Source: a virus. From it: a stretch of DNA of 64,000 bases. A program made the position numbers and the translations under genes. Every line of letters begins with the position of its first letter. Position 1 is the stretch's first letter. The stretch is taken from positions 5,673 to 69,672 of the IMG/VR virus record IMGVR_UViG_3300031857_007891; one strand, written 5' to 3'. Shown here piece after piece: positions 1-7,745 of the stretch. Below the pieces are notes generated by a model that saw only the letters and a program-made list of their open reading frames with translations, was not told where the DNA came from and did not search any database.

Positions 1-98
1 GCATTAACTGCTTCTACCTTGAATTTCTCCCCAACACTAACGTCGAGTTTTTCAAAGTTGTAAACAGCTGCATTGTCGAAGTATACATTAAGATTCAT
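1..98 (-). CDS. hypothetical protein, partial (runs off the left edge)
   Basis: Own translation from ATG at 98: MNLNVYFDNAAVYNFEKLDVSVGEKFKVEAVN, open to the edge; starts 9 nt after the stop of the 106-aa gene. Confidence 0.7.
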   Translation of the reverse strand, partial: MNLNVYFDNAAVYNFEKLDVSVGEKFKVEAVN

Positions 99-107
99 GG
101 CTTAATG

Positions 108-428
108 TTATTTAGGTTCAACAGCAGATACAATACCGAGAGCTTGAGCTTCAGCAGCAACTACAGTGTAAACAATAGTCTCAGTAATAGTACGAACTTC
201 CTCAGCATCGAGATCAGCATCAGCAGATACTTCGATGAGGTTAGCTACGTTAGGTTGACCAGAGATGATGTAGCAAGACAAGCCATCAGCAGAAGGCTCG
301 AGAGTGCAATCACCTGATACTACAGTCCATACAGGAATTCCGTCAACAGTTGCAGGGTTACCAGCAGCAGTTGTTGGGTTAATAGATACGAGAACTTTCT
401 CTTCGTTGGTTGATGAAATTGGGAACAT
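108..428 (-). CDS. hypothetical beta-rich (Ig-like?) protein, 106 aa
   Basis: Protein-like ORF rich in V/T/S/A beta-strand patterns; A-rich upstream region and a promoter-like motif at 463-470. Confidence 0.75.
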   Translation of the reverse strand: MFPISSTNEEKVLVSINPTTAAGNPATVDGIPVWTVVSGDCTLEPSADGLSCYIISGQPNVANLIEVSADADLDAEEVRTITETIVYTVVAAEAQALGIVSAVEPK

Positions 429-462
429 GTGATTTAAAATTTTTAAGATTTAATTAGAGGCA

Positions 463-470
463 CGAAGATA
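463..470 (-). promoter_or_regulatory. Bacteroidota-type -7 promoter element (TATCTTCG, one mismatch)
   Basis: Near match to TAnnTTTG, 35 nt upstream of the ATG at 428; divergent from the element at 494. Confidence 0.45.
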
Positions 471-493
471 CTAAATCCAATTCCATTTTATAC

Positions 494-501
494 TAACTTT
501 G
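494..501 (+). promoter_or_regulatory. Bacteroidota-type -7 promoter element TAACTTTG
   Basis: Exact TAnnTTTG in the intergenic strand-switch region, upstream of the ATG at 533. Confidence 0.65.
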
Positions 502-532
502 GGATAAATAAGAAACGAAACAAACTAGTAAA

Positions 533-673
533 ATGTCTAAGATTAAAGCAGGTACGTCGAATTCATTCAGTCCAAACCCTAGAAGAAAGAGACCAGGGGT
601 ACATTCTAAGAAGAAGTTCTCAAAACTAAAAAGTTCAAAACTTTACAAAAAAGTTTCTAGAGGGCAAGGTTAA
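533..673 (+). CDS. small highly basic protein, 46 aa (not in ORF track)
   Basis: MSKIKAGTSNSFSPNPRRKRPGVHSKKKFSKLKSSKLYKKVSRGQG*; A-rich start, promoter upstream; KRPGVHSK...RGQG resembles small basic proteins of aquatic phages. Confidence 0.75.
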   Translation: MSKIKAGTSNSFSPNPRRKRPGVHSKKKFSKLKSSKLYKKVSRGQG

Positions 674-678
674 TTTGT

Positions 679-686
679 TACATTTG
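679..686 (+). promoter_or_regulatory. Bacteroidota-type -7 promoter element TACATTTG
   Basis: Exact TAnnTTTG directly before the structured non-coding region. Confidence 0.6.
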
Positions 687-691
687 CAGAT

Positions 692-962
692 AGCAACCAT
701 CCACTTTGGATGATCACCCCTGAGGGCCAAAGGTAAGTAGGGGGTCAGACGTTGGGTTCTATCATACTCATTCTCAATTACATAGAGTATGAAAGTTGTC
801 CCCGATAGTTGCTGAAATGGAATTGACATAAGGTTCTGGGGTGGATCAAGACTATAGGCTGAAAGAAATGTCCCACCGAAGGCTAAAGACGGCAGAACTG
901 AAAATCAATTTTAAACAAAAAAATCTCTAAGGGGATAGGTGTGCCCAATTGGGAAATTATCC
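692..962 (+). ncRNA. candidate structured non-coding RNA or long structured leader (family unknown)
   Basis: Nested stems: 692-697/808-813, 698-702/708-712, 717-721/739-743, 751-756/801-806, 762-769/785-792, 821-826/905-910, 833-838/893-898, 840-844/873-877, 933-938/957-962; no credible ORF. Confidence 0.55.
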
Positions 963-986
963 TTACCTTTATCTAAATTTTTAGAA

Positions 987-1217
987 ATGGCAACTAACAT
1001 TAAAGCAGGGCTATATCAACCCCCATTTACTGAAGGGGATGAGAACCTAAGTTATATGCTAGTTTACATAGATGATAAAGTTGTGCAGTTTCTAGATGAG
1101 GATGAGAAGTTCGTCTGCCAATTCTCGTATGAAGAACTCAGAGGGATAATGGCTATCATGGCTGCAGAGCAGGAGAAGACACACCTTAGAATACAAGCTC
1201 AAGTTAGAAAAAACTAA
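987..1217 (+). CDS. hypothetical protein, 76 aa
   Basis: ORF 939-1217; ATG at 987 preferred (A-rich context, TACCTTTA at 964-971); stop overlaps the next start. Confidence 0.7.
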   Translation: MATNIKAGLYQPPFTEGDENLSYMLVYIDDKVVQFLDEDEKFVCQFSYEELRGIMAIMAAEQEKTHLRIQAQVRKN

Positions 1218-3550
1218 TGGGAATAAAGTTAAAGAAAATAGATAGAGTACCAACATCTTTAAAAGAACTTATAGATGTAGACTCTAGCACAGGGATAACC
1301 AGGTGTGTTGACTGCATATCTAATGGGATGATTCTAGTAGCATCTGTCTCAGAGATATACAAGAGGGATACATTTGTCTTCAAGCATCTTACAGATATCA
1401 TTAAGGTTGGACAAGGAATACAGGCTACATTAACTAATGGGATTATGACACTCTCAAGTAGCTTAGAGTCACTAAACCTTAACGACTTACTTGATGTATC
1501 GATTACTAATCCAGCAGATGATGATGTTTTAACTTACAACTCTATCCTGCAAAGATGGGAGAACACGGCCAGTGGTTGGGTCCCAACTAGCAGGACTATT
1601 AGTATCAACGGGGTAATCCAAGATTTATCAGCAAATAGAAGCTGGACTATATCAGCAGGAACAGGGACAGTGACATCAGTTACTGGGACTGGGACTGTGT
1701 CGGGGTTAACATTATCTGGGACAGGTACTACAGCAGTTACACTTACTCTTGGGGGAGTTATAGCATTAAACTCTGGAGATATAACTTCAGGATTAGGCTT
1801 TACCCCATACAATGCTACTAACCCTGCTGGGTATATTACAACATCTGCTTTAGCTAACTATGTTACGAATAGTTCATTAAGCAGCACATTAACTAACTAC
1901 GTTACTAGTAGTACTTTCAGTAGTACAATATCAGGGCTATCTTCTGTGTACCAACCATTGTTTGTAACAGATAATGGGTTAACTTACTCAGCAGGTACAT
2001 TAAAACTAGGGGGTGCATTAACTGGAAATACAGCTATATCCGGAGCATCTGGTACATACTCTTTATATCTTCAAAGATTCTCAGAGTTAAAGTTAAATGC
2101 TGATGATAGTAATACTTCTACTGAAATAAATCTGACTCCAACTCAGATAAAAGTTAAGACTCCTCTTTACGGATCTAAGTCTGTTGGGGATGTTCTTACT
2201 CTTAAAGATCCCACTACTGGGGAGGTAGAATTTGAAACTCCGGCTACAGGAAGTGGGGGTCTTCAATATGGGGTAGCCTCAGGTACTAACACATATGCTG
2301 TAACTATCTCAGGAGTAGCTAGTTACGTAGATGGGGATACATACGTTGTTAAATTCACTAACGGGAATGACGATGACTCTACTATTAACATCAATGGCTT
2401 AGGGGCAAAACTACTTGTAAAAGAATTTAATGTACAACTTACTGGAGGGGATATTGTATCGGGGCAAGATCTGATAATCATCTACGATGGGACTAACTTC
2501 CAAACTTTAGGGGTAGCCCCAAATCAGTTGTTTGCTTACATAACTAATGATGACTCAGTTACTATAACTAAAGGTCAACCTGTGTATGCCTTTGGGTCGG
2601 CAGGAAATAGAATGAGTGTTAAACTAGCAAGTAATGCAGGTGACTCAACTTCTGCTCAAACAGTAGGATTAGTATTCAGTTCTAGCATAGCTGCAGGACA
2701 GAAAGGCTTTATAATAACTCAAGGGGTTATCTCAGGAGTTGATACTGGATCTTACTCAGCAGGGAACACTCTATTTCTAGGGGCTACAGCAGGGACATTA
2801 ACTGCAACTAAACCATATGCCCCAAATCACTTAGTTTATATAGGGACTGTAGAGAGAGCAAATGCAGGGAATGGTCAGATCTATGTTAAACCACAAAATG
2901 GTTATGAGCTAAATGAGATTCATGATATAGACTTAGTCTCAACCGCCCCTGTAAATAACGACGTACTTGTATTTGATACTAGCACTACTCCTGACTTATG
3001 GAAACCTAAGAGTATCCCAACTATCTTAGGGTACACCCCACAAAATTCTAGTTATGCTTCATATACTGTACAAGCTAACAATACCGGGGCTACAGCAACT
3101 GCTGTTGATCATGCATTTAGATATAATGGAAACCAAACCTTCACTGGAACTATTACATATAACCAAGGAAGCAATTTAACATTAGGAGCAGGAACATATT
3201 ATTACAACTGGACAAGGATTGGTAATATGGTAAACTATTCGTTTTACTTTTACACTAGTGCTACACCAATAACATGGGTTGCTAACTCAGGTTTTATAAC
3301 ATGGGACCTGCCTACCGACATGCCAAATCCGGTAGTACCATCTGGGGTAAGCGTAAATGGATACTGGCTTATAAGAAATTTTATGTCAGTAGTTAATCAA
3401 AGAGACACCACAAGTAGTCAAGCTACTTTTTATGGGGGTTTGCAAGTAAATGTTGCAACTACCCCTACATTTAGATTCTTATTTAATCCTGCTGCAAACA
3501 TAACAAATGCTAGATTTTATAACTATAGTGGAACATATTTTACTTCATAA
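1217..3550 (+). CDS. fibre / receptor-binding-like virion protein, 777 aa
   Basis: G/T/S-rich, with typical phage fibre segments (LNDLLDVSIT..DDDVLTYN..W, VPTSRTISING, GTVTSV, LGFTPYN, LGYTP). Confidence 0.75.
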   Translation: MGIKLKKIDRVPTSLKELIDVDSSTGITRCVDCISNGMILVASVSEIYKRDTFVFKHLTDIIKVGQGIQATLTNGIMTLSSSLESLNLNDLLDVSITNPADDDVLTYNSILQRWENTASGWVPTSRTISINGVIQDLSANRSWTISAGTGTVTSVTGTGTVSGLTLSGTGTTAVTLTLGGVIALNSGDITSGLGFTPYNATNPAGYITTSALANYVTNSSLSSTLTNYVTSSTFSSTISGLSSVYQPLFVTDNGLTYSAGTLKLGGALTGNTAISGASGTYSLYLQRFSELKLNADDSNTSTEINLTPTQIKVKTPLYGSKSVGDVLTLKDPTTGEVEFETPATGSGGLQYGVASGTNTYAVTISGVASYVDGDTYVVKFTNGNDDDSTININGLGAKLLVKEFNVQLTGGDIVSGQDLIIIYDGTNFQTLGVAPNQLFAYITNDDSVTITKGQPVYAFGSAGNRMSVKLASNAGDSTSAQTVGLVFSSSIAAGQKGFIITQGVISGVDTGSYSAGNTLFLGATAGTLTATKPYAPNHLVYIGTVERANAGNGQIYVKPQNGYELNEIHDIDLVSTAPVNNDVLVFDTSTTPDLWKPKSIPTILGYTPQNSSYASYTVQANNTGATATAVDHAFRYNGNQTFTGTITYNQGSNLTLGAGTYYYNWTRIGNMVNYSFYFYTSATPITWVANSGFITWDLPTDMPNPVVPSGVSVNGYWLIRNFMSVVNQRDTTSSQATFYGGLQVNVATTPTFRFLFNPAANITNARFYNYSGTYFTS

Positions 3551-3552
3551 TC

Positions 3553-3798
3553 ATGATAACAGCAATTCTTCCAAGCCCGTTGATTTACTTCAACACTACC
3601 CTGACCAAGTTAAAGTGGGCAATGACCTACCCCGACAACGTGGCCTACTACCAGTTAACGACAGCAGATGACCTTATCCTAAAGGATGGTCAGTGTTTCA
3701 TTGACGACGCCACGGTTCAGTCTTGGGGGGCGGACGATACAATCATTACGGATGCCATAATCGCATTGGCTCCATGGAATATACAAATACCAGAATAA
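3553..3798 (+). CDS. small protein, possible fibre assembly chaperone, 81 aa
   Basis: Directly follows the fibre gene; acidic, W-G-A-D-D motif; raised GC3. Confidence 0.6.
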   Translation: MITAILPSPLIYFNTTLTKLKWAMTYPDNVAYYQLTTADDLILKDGQCFIDDATVQSWGADDTIITDAIIALAPWNIQIPE

Positions 3799-4859
3799 TG
3801 CAAAACTTAGATAAAGCACTAAGACTCCTTAACCTCCCAACAGAGCTAGGAGCAATCAATGGACAGATCAATAAGAGAACAACTAAGTCTCTAATTGAGA
3901 ACTGCTTGATGGATTTTACTAAGATGGTAAAGAATCCCACAACTGGGAAGTCTGAACCTACGACTACATTTAGCTATGTCATCGAGTCATCTGAATCTTT
4001 ATTCGGAGCTTACCCACTAAACTTAGTTGCTATTCACTTGCATTCTAGTAATATGGAATTGGTTAGCACGGAGAATAATTCATTCACTCTCTATCGGCCA
4101 TTCCAGGAGATAACTATATCTGACACACAGACAAGTTGGGTGGGATGGAATGAAATATCTATTGTCCCTACGGCTAATGGGTATGACTACAACTTCTACT
4201 ACGAGCAGGGCTTCAACAGCTACTTCGGGGTGTACTACCCACACGACGAAAACATCACGTGGAGGTCTATCTTAAGAAAGACATTTATCAAAACCACATC
4301 TACACCCAATCCCACCCGATTCAGTAAGTCATACCCTAAATACACTATTGCTGAACTTAAAAGAAAAACAGGGTTTACAGACCGTCAGTTAGCTGAAGCG
4401 TTTGGGACTACATGGCATGTAGAGCTTAAGAGTCCAGCTACTCACTGCCTTAACTTAGCAAGTGATATTGTAGTTATAAGTAATGAGATAGTAAAAGGAG
4501 AAGCGTATATCAATGGAATCCTCAGCAGAAACATCATGTATAAAACTCTGATTAGCTCTTACTTTAAGCTACTCCCAGACTTTGTTTGCAGATGGAAACT
4601 GTATAATGATAAGTTTACTACAGGCGGGGATAATGTATTTGGCACTGCTTGGAATAAGACTATTTCATCTACTGCAGATACTACCTTGAATCTTAAGAAG
4701 GGTACAGCTGTTAGTTATGATTCTACAACTAATACACTAACCTATCCACCAAATAGTAGACTTGTATTTGACTATGAATTCCTCCCAGCTCAGGGAAAGA
4801 ATGAAACCAATGGTTCACAACTCTACTTAGATACAATGACTAAAGAGTTATTCATATGA
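3798..4859 (+). CDS. hypothetical protein, 353 aa
   Basis: ORF 3723-4859; ATG at 3798 is coupled to the upstream stop (TAATG). Confidence 0.75.
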   Translation: MQNLDKALRLLNLPTELGAINGQINKRTTKSLIENCLMDFTKMVKNPTTGKSEPTTTFSYVIESSESLFGAYPLNLVAIHLHSSNMELVSTENNSFTLYRPFQEITISDTQTSWVGWNEISIVPTANGYDYNFYYEQGFNSYFGVYYPHDENITWRSILRKTFIKTTSTPNPTRFSKSYPKYTIAELKRKTGFTDRQLAEAFGTTWHVELKSPATHCLNLASDIVVISNEIVKGEAYINGILSRNIMYKTLISSYFKLLPDFVCRWKLYNDKFTTGGDNVFGTAWNKTISSTADTTLNLKKGTAVSYDSTTNTLTYPPNSRLVFDYEFLPAQGKNETNGSQLYLDTMTKELFI

Positions 4860-5236
4860 AAGACTTAATAAAATCAATCAAGTATAGACTGCAGCTCTTT
4901 GACGGGCTGTGGTCTATTCCACTAGCTTTCGTAACCTTCACAGCGTTTGGGTACATAAGCTCAGTCTACTTTGGTGATCCACTTATATCTATCGAGTACT
5001 TGCAACAAGTTTTAATGGCTGCATTAATCCTTGTATTTGCTAACTTTGTAGTATTCCTTGGAATTAACTTCAACTTTAGAAACTTACAGAAAGAGTTTTA
5101 CTCTAAAGATCTGAAGTACTACTCTAAAATGGAACTTAACTCATGGCAAAAAATAAAATTATATCTGCTTGTTTACTTTGGATTTCTCTTATCCTTCCTA
5201 CTAATCCTTTGGTTAGTAATGACGGTTACTGCGTAA
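4856..5236 (+). CDS. putative holin (3 predicted TM helices)
   Basis: Three hydrophobic stretches; immediately upstream of the endolysin. Confidence 0.65.
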   Translation: MKDLIKSIKYRLQLFDGLWSIPLAFVTFTAFGYISSVYFGDPLISIEYLQQVLMAALILVFANFVVFLGINFNFRNLQKEFYSKDLKYYSKMELNSWQKIKLYLLVYFGFLLSFLLILWLVMTVTA

Positions 5237-5712
5237 GATTAACTGCAGAAGCTTTCATTGGAATTAGCGAGAAAGGTGGGAATAACAAGGGGTTTACGGA
5301 TAAATACTTCCGTAGACTAATGGAGAAGCAAGGCTGGAAACCAGGCTATGCTTGGTGTAGCTTCTTTGTCATGGGGGTACTAGATGAGTGTGACATCCCT
5401 AACACTATAACTGGATGGGCCCCAACTGCGTACAATAGAAAAGATGTGATATTCACGGATGGAAAGTTTAAGCAAAACTATAATCCAGCTGACGTGTTAA
5501 TCATGACTTTAAGCTATGGGTATGACAGGACTAGATACAAAGGTATCGGGCACACAGGCGTAGTAGAACTAATAGGGAAACACTCAGTTAGAACCATAGA
5601 AGGGAATACTAACGAAAGAGGGACTAGAGATTCAAGAACAGGGGATGGAGTATTTAGAAAGGTACGTCCATTGTCACGAAACTTACACATAACCAGATGG
5701 AAAAAAGCGTAA
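5143..5712 (+). CDS. CHAP-family endolysin with N-terminal signal-like peptide
   Basis: AWCSFFV (catalytic Cys), GHTGVV (His), IEGN motifs; N-terminus basic then hydrophobic. Confidence 0.85.
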   Translation: MAKNKIISACLLWISLILPTNPLVSNDGYCVRLTAEAFIGISEKGGNNKGFTDKYFRRLMEKQGWKPGYAWCSFFVMGVLDECDIPNTITGWAPTAYNRKDVIFTDGKFKQNYNPADVLIMTLSYGYDRTRYKGIGHTGVVELIGKHSVRTIEGNTNERGTRDSRTGDGVFRKVRPLSRNLHITRWKKA

Positions 5713-6098
5713 CAATCAAAGTAATTCAAGCGTTATCAGCTACACTACTTCTTATAGCAATTGCTGTCACAGTCAAAACTTGTAAGAGAGAAGATAGCGA
5801 TCCACTGCAGGATAGACTAGAGGAGATAAATGATAGCTTAATGCAAGAGGTAATGGAGAACTCAATTAAGATTGATTCTCTATACCTTAAAATAGACTCA
5901 CTAGATCTACTATCAGATACGATAATTAACAAACAATCAGTTGTCAATGAATACTATAATCAAGAGGTTTACAATATCCTTAGTGCTGATGCTCGTGGTG
6001 CTAACCGCAAGCTCGCAGAAGTCCTTAAAGTTTCGGACTCCCTCCTCAAAGCAGGATTCTTTTCCCGTACTATCAACGTACCAAACGAGCTTAATTAA
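5697..6098 (+). CDS. putative spanin component (N-terminal membrane anchor plus coiled coil)
   Basis: LSATLLLIAIAVTVKTC anchor, then repeated DSL heptads; follows the endolysin. Confidence 0.6.
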   Translation: MEKSVTIKVIQALSATLLLIAIAVTVKTCKREDSDPLQDRLEEINDSLMQEVMENSIKIDSLYLKIDSLDLLSDTIINKQSVVNEYYNQEVYNILSADARGANRKLAEVLKVSDSLLKAGFFSRTINVPNELN

Positions 6099-6402
6099 CC
6101 TCAACTTTAACTCCATGATGTACTGGTACGATGCCGCTACCAGGATGGAAAGGTTGTACCTATTGCAAAGAGAAAAATTAGACTACTATTATAAAATTAC
6201 TGGCGTACAAGCTACCAGTATACAAGATCTTCAAATGGTTTACGAGAATAAAGTAGCAATAGAGAAAAAAATTAAGGACGAAGCTGCTGACGAAGTTAAT
6301 AAACTCAAGAAACAAGTCAAAGGATTGAAGATAAAAAACACAATCTTGACAATCGGAGTAGGAGGTCTGGCGTTGACTACAGCTTATTTTGCTATTTTTT
6401 AG
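5947..6402 (+). CDS. putative second spanin component (signal peptide, coiled coil, C-terminal TM)
   Basis: Overlaps the previous gene in another frame; KRFTISLVLMLVVLTASSQ signal and TILTIGVGGLALTTAYFAIF C-terminal anchor; ATG at 5947 preferred to TTG at 5941. Confidence 0.6.
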   Translation: MNTIIKRFTISLVLMLVVLTASSQKSLKFRTPSSKQDSFPVLSTYQTSLINLNFNSMMYWYDAATRMERLYLLQREKLDYYYKITGVQATSIQDLQMVYENKVAIEKKIKDEAADEVNKLKKQVKGLKIKNTILTIGVGGLALTTAYFAIF

Positions 6403-6432
6403 TAAAACTATTGTTTATATAAAAAGTCTTAT

Positions 6433-6440
6433 TACATTTG
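6433..6440 (+). promoter_or_regulatory. Bacteroidota-type promoter (-7 TACATTTG, upstream TTG at 6411)
   Basis: Exact TAnnTTTG in the intergenic gap before groES. Confidence 0.7.
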
Positions 6441-6458
6441 CATAAAACCAAACGTAAT

Positions 6459-6722
6459 ATGAACTTTAATCCTACCAGAGATTGGGTAGTTCTCCCAATC
6501 CCACACAAGAAAGTAACAGACAGCGGAATTCTTTTATCTGATGAAGCCGCGAACTCACTTAAGTCTAACATATTAGAAGCCCTCAAAGTTGGACCAGAAT
6601 GTAAGCTGGTTAAAGAGGGAGATATGGTCTACGTGCACCCACACACTGAGGGTGTTATTATTACTGTTGAAGGAATTGACTACGTTATGATTAACGAATT
6701 CATGATTCTAGGTACACTATGA
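6459..6722 (+). CDS. groES: GroES/Cpn10-like co-chaperonin, 87 aa
   Basis: MNFNPTRDWVV..TDSGILL (mobile loop)..KVGP..VKEGDMV..EGIDYVMINEFMILG matches the Cpn10 pattern; ATG at 6459. Confidence 0.9.
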   Translation: MNFNPTRDWVVLPIPHKKVTDSGILLSDEAANSLKSNILEALKVGPECKLVKEGDMVYVHPHTEGVIITVEGIDYVMINEFMILGTL

Positions 6723-6973
6723 CTGGAAGCGTTACCATCTCATTAGAGGACTACGAAGAACTTAAAGACGGTTCTAAATCATCAATAGAACTAAAGTCTA
6801 AAGTTATCAAAGCAGCCAAAGAGATAGAGGTATTCTTGTCATTTCTATGTACCAGGGAAAGTATCTCTGAGTATATCACCGAGTTTAACTCGTATTCAAA
6901 GAAGTGTAAGATACATCTAATCGATGGAAAGGCTAAAATAGAACTTAACGAATTGCAAGATGAAGAAGTTTAA
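6719..6973 (+). CDS. hypothetical protein, 84 aa
   Basis: ATGA-coupled to groES; VTISLEDYEELK N-terminus is common in phage proteins. Confidence 0.75.
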   Translation: MTGSVTISLEDYEELKDGSKSSIELKSKVIKAAKEIEVFLSFLCTRESISEYITEFNSYSKKCKIHLIDGKAKIELNELQDEEV

Positions 6974-7277
6974 CATTACTGTAGATTCTACTAAGAAATT
7001 CCTGCAAGCTTTTAATGGGATTTTTAACATGACGTCTATGGAGTTGTCAGTATTAGCTGAGCTTCTAGACCATGGGGACACGGTCAATCTATGTTCCCCG
7101 GATAATAAGCGTAAAGTATCAAAGCTTTTAGAAATCAAGGACCACAACACCCTGAATAACTATGTTAAAAGACTTAAGGATAAGAAAGCTATCATAAAGT
7201 CTAAAGATGGGTACGTGATTAACCCTGTTTTAAGGAAGCAAGACTCTCAAATCATTATAACTATCAAGAATGGATGA
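6960..7277 (+). CDS. winged-helix DNA-binding-like protein
   Basis: MTSMELSVLAEL...RKVSKLLEI..HNTLNNYVKRLKDKKAI...YVINP fits a wHTH layout. Confidence 0.7.
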   Translation: MKKFNITVDSTKKFLQAFNGIFNMTSMELSVLAELLDHGDTVNLCSPDNKRKVSKLLEIKDHNTLNNYVKRLKDKKAIIKSKDGYVINPVLRKQDSQIIITIKNG

Positions 7278-7407
7278 AGTACAACTAACTGATGTGGTAA
7301 CCTTTTATCATATTGAGTACCACAACGTCGTTATAATAGTAGTACAATCCCCAACTGGTAAGGTTAAAAAAATAGATACAACTTACTCAATAGATTATAT
7401 AAACTAA
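7270..7407 (+). CDS. small hypothetical protein, 45 aa (not in ORF track)
   Basis: MDEVQLTDVVTFYHIEYHNVVIIVVQSPTGKVKKIDTTYSIDYIN*; fills the gap exactly and its TAA overlaps the next ATG. Confidence 0.6.
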   Translation: MDEVQLTDVVTFYHIEYHNVVIIVVQSPTGKVKKIDTTYSIDYIN

Positions 7408-7745
7408 TGGAAAAACAATTCCCCTCATTTCTTCAGATGATGTCTAACTATGTTAAATCATCTGCAAAACACATTGCTAATGGTTTTAAGGTGACTACAG
7501 AAGAGCAATATCGTAACAGATTGCAAGCCTGTCACTCCTGCCCAAACCTGAGTGAAGAGAAAAGATGTCTTCTTTGTGGTTGCTATGTAGAAAGTAAGGC
7601 ATACAGAATCTCTGATTACTGTCCAGACAATCCCCCAAGATGGGAGAAGTTGACAATTGGACAAGACGGAGTCCCTGTATCCATTAAATCTACAGATAAT
7701 GCAAAAGGAGAAGATAATAATACAGAAGCTAGCAACAAAGTATAA
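7407..7745 (+). CDS. Cys-rich putative metal-binding protein (DUF6171-like)
   Basis: RLQACHSC..RCLLCGC..K....CP...W pattern. Confidence 0.7.
   Translation: MEKQFPSFLQMMSNYVKSSAKHIANGFKVTTEEQYRNRLQACHSCPNLSEEKRCLLCGCYVESKAYRISDYCPDNPPRWEKLTIGQDGVPVSIKSTDNAKGEDNNTEASNKV

Noticed and set aside
105-317. 70-aa plus-strand ORF
   Set aside because: Antisense shadow of the 108-428 gene; Ser-rich composition typical of a non-coding frame
635-829. 64-aa minus-strand ORF across the structured region
   Set aside because: Overlaps the 533-673 gene antisense, has no recognisable motifs, and the region is better explained by base-pairing
939-986. GTG start extending the 987-1217 gene; similar extensions at 3723, 6438, 7657 and 27744
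   Set aside because: Downstream ATGs have better A-rich context or stop-start coupling, and the extensions run into hairpins, promoters or upstream genes
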